Source: an uncultured Clostridia bacterium (GTDB lineage Bacteria > Acidobacteriota > Blastocatellia > UBA7656). From it: 64,000 nucleotides of DNA. Position 1 is the stretch's first letter. Every line of letters starts with the position of its first letter. The position numbers and the translations under genes are program-made. Of this stretch, positions 18,097-26,832 are shown piece after piece. The stretch covers positions 115,872 to 179,871 of the forward strand of contig CAZJQQ010000004.1 in the NCBI GenBank assembly GCA_964548075.1, in the 5' to 3' direction. The notes beneath the pieces were generated by a model. That model saw only the letters and a list, made by a program, of their open reading frames with translations, was not told where the DNA came from and ran no database searches.

Positions 18097-18352
18097 AAGG
18101 CGGAAGGCAGAAGGCAGAAAGCAGAAGGCAGAAAGCGGAAGGCAGAAAGCAGAAGGCAGAAAGCGGAAGGCAGAAAGCAGAAGGCAGAAGGCAGAAAGCA
18201 GAAGGCAGAAGGCAGAAGGCAGAAGGCAGAAGGCAGAAGGCAGAGGTGAGAATATCTTGAGTTCCACGTATATCAAAAACCGTCAAACGACTGCCTTCTG
18301 CTTTCTGCCTTCTGCCTTCTGCCTTCTGCTTTCTGCCTTCTGCCTTCTGCCG
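18097..18352. repeat. Long simple-repeat hairpin: about 21 (GAAGGCA/GAAAGCG) units, about 45-nt loop, about 9 inverted (CTGCCTTCTG/CTTTCTG) units
   Basis: Begins at the TPR stop codon. Its inverted arm lies inside the 5' end of the next ORF. The same unit recurs after tRNA-Gln at 21039..21097. Confidence 0.8.
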
Positions 18353-18928
18353 TGGACGACTGAGCGTGTTTACTCGCAAGAAAAGGGCTCGGGAGTCGCC
18401 GGCGGCGGGCGAGTGGCCCGTGGAAAAAATGACAGTGCTCACGCTGCGAAGCCACGGGACTCGCGGCCCGATCCCGCCGCCTCGGTGGAGAACGAGTCGA
18501 GTGAGCGCGCTTCAAACCGGAGCATTCGCGAGATTGAATCCCTCGAGCAGCAGTGCCTGGATGAAGTTAACCGTGTGCGCCGGCGCAACCGGCTTCCTCA
18601 ACTCAGCATTTATGAAGAGCTGCTGCCGGTGGCTCGCGACTACAGCCGGCGAATGGCCGAACAGAATTTCTTCTCGCACAACGATCCCGAAGGGCGCACC
18701 GTTCGCGAGCGAGTGGAAGAGGCGGACATCAGATGGCGAATGGTGGGTGAGAACCTGGCTTATTCGAACGGCTACGTCAACCCGGTCGCGGCGAGCCTTC
18801 ACGGCTGGATGGATAGCCCGGGCCATCGCCGAAACATCCTCGATCCGGATTTCAGATTGACTGCGGTGGGCGTATGGATCAAGCCGGACGGAACGGTTTA
18901 CTTCACCGAGATTTTTCTCAAGCAGTGA
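18257..18928 (+). CDS. CAP/SCP (YkwD-like) domain protein
   Basis: [49 protein letters not shown]...GENLAY...[24 protein letters not shown] is the CAP domain signature. The only in-frame start is TTG at 18257, with AGGTGA 7 nt upstream. That would make the hydrophobic N-terminus [20 protein letters not shown] the signal peptide, encoded by the repeat arm. Start uncertain. Confidence 0.65.
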   Translation: MSSTYIKNRQTTAFCFLPSAFCLLLSAFCLLPWTTERVYSQEKGSGVAGGGRVARGKNDSAHAAKPRDSRPDPAASVENESSERASNRSIREIESLEQQCLDEVNRVRRRNRLPQLSIYEELLPVARDYSRRMAEQNFFSHNDPEGRTVRERVEEADIRWRMVGENLAYSNGYVNPVAASLHGWMDSPGHRRNILDPDFRLTAVGVWIKPDGTVYFTEIFLKQ

Positions 18929-18980
18929 CATCCAAGAGTATTCTGCAATCTGAAACCCACGGATTGTGTGGGGAGAATCT

Positions 18981-19196
18981 ATGACCACAAAAGAACTCAT
19001 CAACACCGAGATTGAAAGACTTAGCGAAGACGAGTTGAAGAAAGAATACGGAGTTGTCCGTGGCCTGACTGAATCAAAAGCTGGCGAACAAAAACCCAGT
19101 TTCATGTCCAGACTCAAGCGTATCCAAATCGAAGCGCCAGAAGATTTCGCCGCCAATGTAGACCTCTACGTGAGCGGAGAAAAGCGTGTCGAGTAG
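18981..19196 (+). CDS. Putative antitoxin (VapB-like) of a type II TA pair
   Basis: Small acidic protein MTTKELINTEIERLSEDELKK... with GGGGAGA SD. Overlaps the downstream PIN gene by 11 nt. Confidence 0.5.
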   Translation: MTTKELINTEIERLSEDELKKEYGVVRGLTESKAGEQKPSFMSRLKRIQIEAPEDFAANVDLYVSGEKRVE

Positions 19197-19593
19197 AGTA
19201 TTTGTTGATACTTTGTTTGTGATCGCGTTGATAAACAAGCGGGATCAGTATCACGAACGAGCGGCCGAATTGGCCGATCAGCTTGAAGGCCAACCTTTGC
19301 TTGTTACGGACGCTGTACTGCTGGAGATTGGCAATGCCCTGGCGCGATACTTCAGACAGGAGGCAGTCGAAGTAATAGAGGAATTCTTTGCTTCGGCGGA
19401 AGTGGAAATAGTGAGACTCGATCCGGACCTCTTTGAGCGAGCCTTTGATACCTACAAAGGGCATCAAGACAAGGAATGGGGACTCGTTGATTGCGCCTCG
19501 TTCGTCGTTATGAAGGAGGCGAGTGTGTCGTCAGCTCTAACATTTGACCAGCACTTTGTGCAGGCCGGATCTAAGGCTTTGATGCGTGATTAG
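19186..19593 (+). CDS. vapC: PIN-domain toxin VapC
   Basis: VFVDTLFVIALINKRDQYHERA ... LLVTDAVLLEIGNAL ... DCASFVVMKEASVSSALTFDQHF carries the PIN acidic residues. Confidence 0.8.
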   Translation: MSSRVFVDTLFVIALINKRDQYHERAAELADQLEGQPLLVTDAVLLEIGNALARYFRQEAVEVIEEFFASAEVEIVRLDPDLFERAFDTYKGHQDKEWGLVDCASFVVMKEASVSSALTFDQHFVQAGSKALMRD

Positions 19594-19619
19594 CGGCGAA
19601 CGAGCGGGTCATTCTACGA

Positions 19620-19919
19620 ATGCCGCAAGGACCAACGATCCTCAAACGATACGGGATGGCAGAGTTGCTGCACGAGTTTTGGGAGGACGACGAACGCAGC
19701 ACGTTCTGCCTAGCTGGTCCGATGGGTGATGGGGCCCGCGAACTACTCGGTTCCGAGGCTAGGCTCCTCTGGACTGTAGAAGCCGAGAGCCACTTCGATG
19801 CGATGACAAAGTACTACGAATTCAGGAACTGGGGCGAGTACACAACGGAACATGAGTGGGACATGCAGCCGTACTCAGAGGAATGGCTGGAACTTCAATT
19901 GGCTCGAAAGCCCCACTAA
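19620..19919 (+). CDS. Hypothetical protein
   Basis: Protein-like composition (FWEDDERSTFCLAGPMGDGARE..., W/Y/E-rich) with no recognisable family. Lower GC than the surroundings. Confidence 0.35.
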   Translation: MPQGPTILKRYGMAELLHEFWEDDERSTFCLAGPMGDGARELLGSEARLLWTVEAESHFDAMTKYYEFRNWGEYTTEHEWDMQPYSEEWLELQLARKPH

Positions 19920-19947
19920 AGACCTGTAACTCACCAAACCGTTCTTC

Positions 19948-20820
19948 ATGCGAGTACGATCCTACGCAAAAATCAACTGGACGCTCGACGTGCTCTTCAA
20001 GCGCGACGACGGTTACCACGAGCTTCGAACCATCTATCAAACTGTTTCGCTTCACGACACCTTGATCATCACCGAGACCGCCCGCCCAATCGAGATTGTA
20101 TGCGATGACTCGCGAGTCCCGTGCGATGAATCGAATCTAGCGTTCAAGGCTGCCGCCGCGTTGCGCGAAGCGGTCTGCCTTTCAAAGGGCGCGCGCATCG
20201 AGATCGGGAAGCGCATACCGGTAGCGGCCGGGTTGGGCGGGGGATCTTCAAACGCTGCGGCGACGCTTCTCGCGCTGGTCAAACTGTGGCAGGTTGAGGT
20301 CGATGAACGAAGCCTCTTTCGAATCGCGGCGAGTCTTGGATCGGATGTACCTTTCTTTCTAATCGGAGGCACGGCGCTCGGCATCGGGCGAGGCGAAGAG
20401 GTCTCCCAGATCGAACAGGTGGACTGTCAGCATCTGCTCCTTGTTAATCCGGGCTTCGCAGTCTCAACACGCGACGCATACGAAAGGCTTTCACGGTTGA
20501 CAAGGCCAGAAGCGGCTAATAATATACCTTTTACTTTACTGGCCGCTAAAGGCGTCAGTGGGCTACCGCTCGTGGCGAGAAACGATCTGGAGAAGGCCGT
20601 GCTCGCCGCTCACCCAGAAATCGCGGAAGTCAAACGCAGGCTTCTAAGCCTTGGCGCGAGACACGCTCAGATGTCCGGCAGCGGCGCAACTGTCTTTGGG
20701 GTCTTTGATAATTCGCAGACGATCGAGCAAGCCGAGTCTGAAGTGCGCGCGGCCGGTTACTGGACGCAGAACGTGCGCACTGTTGACGCGCGCGAGTATC
20801 AGGCCACGATCTTCCAGTGA
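19948..20820 (+). CDS. ispE: 4-diphosphocytidyl-2-C-methyl-D-erythritol kinase
   Basis: AKINWTLDVLFKRDDGYHEL ... IPVAAGLGGGSSNAAATLLAL ... GSGATVFGVF are GHMP kinase IspE motifs. Confidence 0.9.
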   Translation: MRVRSYAKINWTLDVLFKRDDGYHELRTIYQTVSLHDTLIITETARPIEIVCDDSRVPCDESNLAFKAAAALREAVCLSKGARIEIGKRIPVAAGLGGGSSNAAATLLALVKLWQVEVDERSLFRIAASLGSDVPFFLIGGTALGIGRGEEVSQIEQVDCQHLLLVNPGFAVSTRDAYERLSRLTRPEAANNIPFTLLAAKGVSGLPLVARNDLEKAVLAAHPEIAEVKRRLLSLGARHAQMSGSGATVFGVFDNSQTIEQAESEVRAAGYWTQNVRTVDAREYQATIFQ

Positions 20821-20847
20821 GCAGCCCAACCTGGAGGATCGAAGGTG

Positions 20848-20882
20848 GAAGATCGAGGATCGATCCTCTATCTTCAATCTTC
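20848..20882 (+). terminator. Candidate terminator hairpin after ispE
   Basis: gaagatcgaggatcgatcctctatcttc contains the palindrome gaggatc/gatcctc. A weak T-rich tract follows. Confidence 0.3.
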
Positions 20883-20955
20883 GATTCTCTGTTCTGTGGT
20901 GGGCTGGTTAGTCTTTAACGCGGTGGATTCCAGTCTAATCTTATCAGCATAATAC

Positions 20956-21030
<75 letters not shown>

Positions 21031-21034
21031 ACGC

Positions 21035-21102
21035 AGTAAGCAGAAGGCAGAAGGCAGAAAGCAGCGGCTGCCTACCGCCTACTGCTTTCTGCCTTCTGTT
21101 TC
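21035..21102. repeat. Simple-repeat hairpin (GAAGGCA units) directly after tRNA-Gln, probable terminator
   Basis: cagaaggcagaaagcag ... ctgctttctgccttctg is a 17-bp perfect stem, followed by TTTCG. It uses the same repeat unit as 18097..18352. The prs SD (GGAGG at 21105) follows immediately. Confidence 0.7.
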
Positions 21103-21113
21103 GTGGAGGCAGT

Positions 21114-22052
21114 GTGAACATAAAAGTCTTTTCAGGAAACGCGAACCGGCCGCTCGCTGAAGAGATTTGCTATCACCTGGGGATCGAGATCGGCAAGGCC
21201 CAGACCGGGCGTTTCTCCGACGGCGAGTTCAACTTTCAGATCCTGGAGAACGTGCGCGGCGAAGACTGCTTCATCGTTCAACCGACATGTCCTCCAGTCG
21301 ATTCGAACGCGATGGAGCTGCTCATCATGCTGGACGCGTTTCGGCGCTCGTCGGCGAAGCGAATCACGGCGGTGATACCGTACTACGGTTACGCGCGCAA
21401 GGATCGCAAGGACCGGCCACGAGTTCCGATCTCGTCGAAGCTGATAGCTAATCTGATATCAGAAGCCGGCGCGGATCGCGTGCTGCTGTTCGATCTGCAC
21501 GCGGGTCAGATCCAGGGGTTCTTTGATATACCGGCCGACCACTTGTTTGCGGCACCGGTACTGGTCGGGCATTTTCAGGCGTTGGAGTTGCCGAACCTGA
21601 CTGTGGTTGCGCCCGACGCGGGAGGCGTCGAACGCGCGCGCGCTTATGCGAAACGCCTGGACGCAGAGCTGGCGATTATCGACAAACGCCGCGATTACGA
21701 GCGGCTGGGAGAAGTCGAGGTTCTTCACGTCATCGGCGAGGTTGAGGGACGCACGGCGCTGATCGTAGACGACATGGTCGATACTGCCGGAACGCTGGTG
21801 AAAGCGGCTGAGGCGCTTAGAGACAACGGCGCTAAGTCCGTGCTGGCATCGGCTACGCATGCGGTGCTTAGCGGACCGGCCGTTCAGCGAATCGAAGAGT
21901 CGCCGATCGAGCAACTGGTAGTGACTAACACTATTCCGGACGGCGTAGCTTGCGGGTCAGCGAAGATCAAGTGTTTGAGTGTGGCGAAGCTCCTCGCTGA
22001 AGCTATTCTGTCCATACACGACGAGACGTCGGTGAGCAGGCTGTTTATTTGA
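21114..22052 (+). CDS. prs: Ribose-phosphate pyrophosphokinase
   Basis: GTG start ([19 protein letters not shown]...), then [20 protein letters not shown], and the PRPP-binding site [13 protein letters not shown]. The track ORF from 20988 reads through the tRNA and the hairpin and is rejected as the start. Confidence 0.9.
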   Translation: MNIKVFSGNANRPLAEEICYHLGIEIGKAQTGRFSDGEFNFQILENVRGEDCFIVQPTCPPVDSNAMELLIMLDAFRRSSAKRITAVIPYYGYARKDRKDRPRVPISSKLIANLISEAGADRVLLFDLHAGQIQGFFDIPADHLFAAPVLVGHFQALELPNLTVVAPDAGGVERARAYAKRLDAELAIIDKRRDYERLGEVEVLHVIGEVEGRTALIVDDMVDTAGTLVKAAEALRDNGAKSVLASATHAVLSGPAVQRIEESPIEQLVVTNTIPDGVACGSAKIKCLSVAKLLAEAILSIHDETSVSRLFI

Positions 22053-22056
22053 GAAT

Positions 22057-22133
22057 CCCTGGGAGCGCAGGCATCCCTGCCTGCTCTGGCGATGCGCGAA
22101 GGACAGGCAGGCAGGGATGCCTGCGCTCCCAGG
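22057..22133. repeat. REP pair (inverted REP core CCTGGGAGCGCAGGCATCCCTGCCTGC)
   Basis: Left copy at 22057..22084, inverted copy at about 22105..22133. Same element as at 25203, 26833 and 27569. Confidence 0.8.
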
Positions 22134-22149
22134 TAGGAGTTATTAAGAA

Positions 22150-22824
22150 ATGATCAAGGATCTAACAATCAACGCAAGCGCGCGTGAGGGAGTGGGCAAG
22201 GGTCCGACTCGCCGGCTGCGCGCGCAAGGGATGATTCCCGCTGCGGTCTATGGCGAAGGCGGGGACGCGGTTGCGGTTGCCGTCAGCGCCAAAGACATCG
22301 CAACCATACTTCGCTCGGGTTCGGGTCACAACACCATCTTCAAGCTTGCGCTCCCGCACGCCGACGGCGAACCCGCCAACGTGATCATCAAGGACTATCA
22401 AGTCGATCCGGTCAAGGGCCGCTTGCTGCACGCAGATTTGTTGCGGCTGTCGATGACCACGTTGACCCGCGTGAGCGTTTCGGTTGAAACAATCGGTGAG
22501 CCCCCCGGAGTAAAGAGCGAGGGCGGAATACTTGAGCTTCAACTTCGCGAGATCGAAGTCGAGTGCTTGCCGGGCGACATACCGGAGCACCTGAGGGTCG
22601 ACGTCTCGAACCTTCAGATTGGCGACCACGTGACGGTGGCCGACCTCGTCTATGATCGCGAAAAGGTCAAGTTGCTTGTTGCCGATGAACATCAGATCGT
22701 CGCCGGCGTGTTGGCTCCGCGAATGATCGAGGAAGTCGTTCCTGTTGCTGTGGTTCCTGAGGGTGAGGAGGGCGCAGCCGCCGAGCCCGAGGTGATCAAG
22801 AAGGGCAAGGCTGACGAAGAATAG
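22150..22824 (+). CDS. rplY: 50S ribosomal protein L25 / general stress protein Ctc
   Basis: MIKDLTINASAREGVGKGPTRRLRAQGMIPAAVYG... is a typical L25 N-domain, with an acidic C-terminal tail. Confidence 0.9.
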   Translation: MIKDLTINASAREGVGKGPTRRLRAQGMIPAAVYGEGGDAVAVAVSAKDIATILRSGSGHNTIFKLALPHADGEPANVIIKDYQVDPVKGRLLHADLLRLSMTTLTRVSVSVETIGEPPGVKSEGGILELQLREIEVECLPGDIPEHLRVDVSNLQIGDHVTVADLVYDREKVKLLVADEHQIVAGVLAPRMIEEVVPVAVVPEGEEGAAAEPEVIKKGKADEE

Positions 22825-22927
22825 TCCATCGTCCGTAGTCAGTAGTCAGTAGTCCGTAGCAATGAAGGACTAACAACTGGCTACGGACTACGGACTACGG
22901 ACTACGGACTACGGACTACGGACTATG
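22822..22927. repeat. Simple-repeat hairpin (GTAGTCA/GTAGTCC units versus GGACTAC units) filling the entire rplY-pth intergenic region
   Basis: Starts at the rplY TAG stop (aTAGTCC). Its last unit, ggactATG, supplies the pth start codon. Confidence 0.75.
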
Positions 22928-23512
22928 AAGCTAATAGTCGGGCTCGGGAATCCGGGGCGGGAATACGAAATGACCCGCCATAATCTCGGGTTCATGCTCA
23001 TTGACAGATTGCTTACGCGGGCCGGCGGACGCCGGTTTCGCTCCGAGTCCAGCGCAAAAGTGGCGGAGGTCGCGCTGGCAGGTCAGCGAGTGTTGCTCGC
23101 GAAGCCGCAGACGTACATGAATTTGAGCGGCGATGCGGTTCGTCCCTTGCTCGACCGGTACGGCGAAGGGAAGCCGGCAAACCTGCTCGTTGCGAGCGAT
23201 GATGTCGCGCTTCCATTCGGCATGATTCGCGTGCGGGAGCGAGGAAGCGCGGGTGGCCAGAAAGGCCTGAAGTCGATCATCGAACGGCTGGGCACCCAGG
23301 AGTTCGCGCGAGTGAGACTCGGTGTAAAGCCTGATCACCCGCTCGATGATCTCTCTAGATATGTGCTTTCGCCGATTCGCAACCGCGACCGTGAGCAGTT
23401 GGAAGAGACTCTCGAACGCGCCGTCGACGCCGTGACGGTGATTCTGAGCGAAGGCGTGGAACGGGCGATGGCCCGCTTCAACGAACGAGTGAAAAGTGAG
23501 AATGAAGCGTAG
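22925..23512 (+). CDS. pth: Peptidyl-tRNA hydrolase
   Basis: MKLIVGLGNPGREYEMTRHNLGFMLIDRL ... QTYMNLSGDAV is the Pth signature. Confidence 0.9.
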   Translation: MKLIVGLGNPGREYEMTRHNLGFMLIDRLLTRAGGRRFRSESSAKVAEVALAGQRVLLAKPQTYMNLSGDAVRPLLDRYGEGKPANLLVASDDVALPFGMIRVRERGSAGGQKGLKSIIERLGTQEFARVRLGVKPDHPLDDLSRYVLSPIRNRDREQLEETLERAVDAVTVILSEGVERAMARFNERVKSENEA

Positions 23513-23513
23513 C

Positions 23514-23597
23514 GAGTTCAGAGTTCAAGCTTTAGCTTGCCTTTAGCAGGCTTTATTTCGAATGACCGGAGCAAGCTAAAGCTTGTACTCTGAACTC
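23514..23597. repeat. Palindromic element family P2: 27-bp arms gagttcagagttcaagctttagcttgc with a 30-nt loop; second copy at 31511..31591
   Basis: Left arm 23514..23540, right arm 23571..23597, one mismatch. Begins 1 nt after the pth stop. Confidence 0.8.
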
Positions 23598-23768
23598 CCT
23601 GTTCTTTCTCAAGAGGTTCTAAAAGTGAATCTCCTTGCTCTGGCACAAGAGGCCAGGGCTTTAACCGAAGCGTCGCGGGCCGCGACCTGATCAACTCGAT
23701 CTCAGATTCGAGGTCGAGTATCCCGAGCGGCGGCGAGCGAAGTAATCCAAAAGGAGGATATCTCTCTG

Positions 23769-24206
23769 ATGAGAGTTTATGAAGTGCTGTTTATTGTCGC
23801 TCCCAACATCGAGGAGAGCGACATCGAAACCCTTGTCACTCAATTGAGTGACGTGGCAACCAACCAGGGGGCCCGCATCGCGAAGATCGATCGAATGGGC
23901 CGCCGCAGACTCGCCTATCCCATCGGGAAATTCAACGACGGTCACTACGTGGTGTTCACCATCGAGGGAAGCGGCGCTGAGATCGCCGAACTCGAACGGC
24001 GCATGCGAGTCACCGACGCAGTGATCCGCTATATCACAATCCGCATCGACGAAGATTTGAAGCGCGCCGAGAAGTTTCGCGCTCGACGCGTGGCGCACGC
24101 CGCTGCAAGCGCCGGTTCCAGGCGCGGCGGCAGCCGTCGCGCTGAACCCGTACTTCCCATAGGAGACGATGAGGAAGACGGGGACGAGGAGGAAGCAGAG
24201 CTATGA
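23769..24206 (+). CDS. rpsF: 30S ribosomal protein S6
   Basis: [23 protein letters not shown]...RRRLAYPI with an acidic C-terminal tail ([13 protein letters not shown]). SD is AAGGAGGA. Confidence 0.9.
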   Translation: MRVYEVLFIVAPNIEESDIETLVTQLSDVATNQGARIAKIDRMGRRRLAYPIGKFNDGHYVVFTIEGSGAEIAELERRMRVTDAVIRYITIRIDEDLKRAEKFRARRVAHAAASAGSRRGGSRRAEPVLPIGDDEEDGDEEEAEL

Positions 24207-24496
24207 GCAGCGAACACAGAGAGCACGGACGCCGCGACGACAGAGGCGGCCGCCAGGGCGGCGGACAAGGCGGCGGGCGCCGATTCATACGCGCGCGCAA
24301 GTCGTGCCGCTTCTGCGCCGACAAGGTCGATTACATAGACTACAAAGACGGCCGGCTTCTCGGGAGCTACATCCCAGAGCGCGGCAAGATATTGCCTCGG
24401 CGAATATCCGGCACGTGCGCGCCACATCAGCGTATGCTTGCGACTGCGATCAAGCGAGCTCGCAACGCCGCGATTCTGCCGTTCACTTTGGATTAG
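24203..24496 (+). CDS. rpsR: 30S ribosomal protein S18
   Basis: [64 protein letters not shown] overlap with rpsF. Confidence 0.9.
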   Translation: MSSEHREHGRRDDRGGRQGGGQGGGRRFIRARKSCRFCADKVDYIDYKDGRLLGSYIPERGKILPRRISGTCAPHQRMLATAIKRARNAAILPFTLD

Positions 24497-24590
24497 TCCG
24501 TAGTCCCTGGTCCGTAGTCCGTAGCAAATCCGGCTACTGACTACTGACTACTGACTACTGACTACTGACTACTGACTACTGACTGTTAGC
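24494..24590. repeat. Simple-repeat hairpin (GTAGTCC units versus CTACTGA units) between rpsR and rplI
   Basis: Starts at the rpsR TAG stop. Inverted arm is (ctactga)x7. Ends 14 nt before the rplI start. Arms mismatch at every 7th position. Confidence 0.75.
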
Positions 24591-24603
24591 GAGGACTTAT
24601 CAA

Positions 24604-25200
24604 ATGGCACACATGGATGTTCTGCTTTGTGAAGACGTCGATAACCTGGGACAGCGCGGGCAAGTCGTGAAAGTGCGCGCGGGTTACGGCAGAAACTACC
24701 TGCTGCCGCAGAAGCTGGCGATAAAAGCCAGCGCCGGCAACAAGAAAATGCTCGACGAGCAACGGCGCCTGCTCGCGAAACGCGAACAGCGCGAGCACCT
24801 GGCCGCTCGAAGCGAGTCCGACAAGTTGCAGGGAATCGAGCTGCGTTTCGAGCGCCGCGTGGGTGAGCACGGGATACTCTTTGGATCGGTGACCGCGCTG
24901 GACATAGCCGAAGCGCTCAAGGAACGCGGGCTGCCCGTCGAGCGCCGCAGGATCGCTTTGCGCGAGCACATCAAAGAAGTTGGCGACTACGATGTCACTA
25001 TCAAGCTGCACCGCGACGTGACCCCTTCGATCAAGGTGCTTGTTCGCAAGGAGGGCGCGGAAGAGGGAAAGGTGGAGGAAGAGGTGAAGACCGCGGAAGC
25101 GGCTCCAGCAGCCGATTCCACGCCACCAGAAACTGTCGACGCCGAGGCATCGCCGGATGCGCTCGCTTCCGAATCGGAAGCGGAAATCGCTACGGAATAG
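24604..25200 (+). CDS. rplI: 50S ribosomal protein L9
   Basis: MDVLLCEDVDNLGQRGQVVKVRAGYGRNYLLPQKLA... with an acidic C-terminal tail. Start could be ATG 24604 or 24613. Confidence 0.9.
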   Translation: MAHMDVLLCEDVDNLGQRGQVVKVRAGYGRNYLLPQKLAIKASAGNKKMLDEQRRLLAKREQREHLAARSESDKLQGIELRFERRVGEHGILFGSVTALDIAEALKERGLPVERRRIALREHIKEVGDYDVTIKLHRDVTPSIKVLVRKEGAEEGKVEEEVKTAEAAPAADSTPPETVDAEASPDALASESEAEIATE

Positions 25201-25202
25201 CT

Positions 25203-25300
25203 TGTATGGGCGGCCCTGGGAGCGCAGGCATCCCTGCCTGCTCGGGGTCGCGCAGGAAGAGGCAGGCAGGGATGCCTGCGCTCCCAGGGCCGTCCATACA
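25203..25300. repeat. REP pair with extended flanking palindrome
   Basis: tgtatgggcggccctgggagcgcaggcatccctgcctgc ... gcaggcagggatgcctgcgctcccagggccgtccataca. Confidence 0.8.
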
Positions 25301-25486
25301 TGTTGCTCGACGCACTTGAAGCTTCCTGTTATCATCGCCCGCGCGGAATCGCTGAAGGAGCAGCGTTCTGTTCGGCGTCGACCTTGCGACCCTCCTCTAC
25401 ACTTCGTTAACGCACCCGGGCGGGCCGTCTTGCCCACGACTTAAAGTAACAATCGCCGGCACGCTGGCAACAGGCGAACCTCACTT

Positions 25487-26830
25487 ATGACGCGAGCGGC
25501 AATGGGTGACCCTTTTTTCGATAAAGGCCTCCCGTCCAACGTCGAGGCCGAGCGCTCTATTCTGGGCGCGATCCTGCTGGATAACGCAGTCTGCAACCAG
25601 GCAATCGAGTTGCTGCGCCGCGACGATCTCTTCCTCGACTCCCACCGACGAATCTTCGACAAGATGATTGCGCTCACCGAGCGGCTCATGCCCATCGACT
25701 TGATCACTCTCAGCGATGAGCTGCGCCGCGCCGGCGAGTTCGAGCAGATCGGCGGCGCTACCTACATCGCATCGCTGATCGACGGCGTGCCGCGCACCGA
25801 CACCATCGAGCCTTACGCCAAGCTCGTCAAACAGAAGTCGATGCTGCGAAGACTGATCTCGGCCTCCCAACAAATCGTCTCGCTCGCATTCGAAGAAGAA
25901 GACGACGCCGACGTGATCATCGACAAGGCCGAACGTATGATCTTTGAGATAGCAGAAGATCGCGTTCGCCAGGGCTTTCAATACATCGGCGACGTCGCGC
26001 ATCGCAGGCTCGAGCAAATCGAGCAGATGGCCGGCCGGCCCGAGATGATCACCGGCGTGCCGACCGGCTTCACCGACTTCGATCGAATGACCTCCGGCCT
26101 CCAACGCCAGGAGCTGATCGTGATCGCCGCGAGGCCGTCCATGGGAAAGACGGCCCTGGCTTTGAATATGGCTCAGTACGCGGCCAAGAACGCAAACGTC
26201 GTCGGCATATTCAGCCTCGAGATGTCAGCCGAGCAACTAGTGTCGCGGCTGCTTTGCTCGGAAGCGCGGGTCGATGCTCACCGGCTGAGGACCGGGTATC
26301 TCAATCGCGAGGAATGGGCCCGGCTGGCGGATGCGTTGCGGCGCCTGTGCGAGACGAAAGTCTTTATTGACGACTCCGCCGCCGTCAGCGTTATGGAGAT
26401 GCGCGCGAAGTGCCGGAGGTTGAAGGCCGAGCACGGGCTGGACATGCTCATCGTCGATTATCTGCAACTTATGGCCGGCCGCGGACGAATCGAATCGCGC
26501 CAACAGGAAGTTTCTCAGATTTCGCGCGACCTCAAGGGACTGGCTAAGGAACTGGACATCCCAGTGGTCGCGCTGTCGCAGCTTTCGCGCGCGCCCGAAC
26601 AACGTAGCGAGCACAAACCGCAGTTGAGCGATTTGAGGGAAAGCGGCGCGATCGAACAAGACAGCGACGTGGTGTGCTTCATTTACCGGGAAGAACTCTA
26701 CAACCCGACGGATGAGAATCAAGGAACGGCCGAACTGATCATCGGCAAGCAGCGCAACGGCCCGACTGGAATGGTCCAGTTGGCTTTCCTCAAAGAGTTC
26801 ACCAGGTTCGAGAACATGTGGCGCGAGTGA
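25487..26830 (+). CDS. dnaB: Replicative DNA helicase
   Basis: N-domain [13 protein letters not shown] and Walker [13 protein letters not shown]. ...[13 protein letters not shown]..., ...LIVDYLQLM... and ...[12 protein letters not shown]... are RecA-fold DnaB motifs. Confidence 0.9.
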   Translation: MTRAAMGDPFFDKGLPSNVEAERSILGAILLDNAVCNQAIELLRRDDLFLDSHRRIFDKMIALTERLMPIDLITLSDELRRAGEFEQIGGATYIASLIDGVPRTDTIEPYAKLVKQKSMLRRLISASQQIVSLAFEEEDDADVIIDKAERMIFEIAEDRVRQGFQYIGDVAHRRLEQIEQMAGRPEMITGVPTGFTDFDRMTSGLQRQELIVIAARPSMGKTALALNMAQYAAKNANVVGIFSLEMSAEQLVSRLLCSEARVDAHRLRTGYLNREEWARLADALRRLCETKVFIDDSAAVSVMEMRAKCRRLKAEHGLDMLIVDYLQLMAGRGRIESRQQEVSQISRDLKGLAKELDIPVVALSQLSRAPEQRSEHKPQLSDLRESGAIEQDSDVVCFIYREELYNPTDENQGTAELIIGKQRNGPTGMVQLAFLKEFTRFENMWRE

Positions 26831-26832
26831 CA

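Noticed and set aside
18097-18352. Possible CRISPR array suggested by regularly spaced short repeats
   Set aside because: The units are 7-8 nt, contiguous and without spacers, and an inverted copy forms a hairpin. There is no cas gene nearby. This is not a CRISPR.
17950-18442. ORFs translating the (GAAGGCA)n hairpin on both strands (17950..18276, 18071..18442, 18273..18515), and similar ORFs at 58176..58835 and 58499..58732
   Set aside because: The products are pure heptad/octad translations of simple DNA repeats ([13 protein letters not shown]..., KAEGRRQ..., SAPLPLC...) with no start context. They are treated as repeat DNA, not genes.
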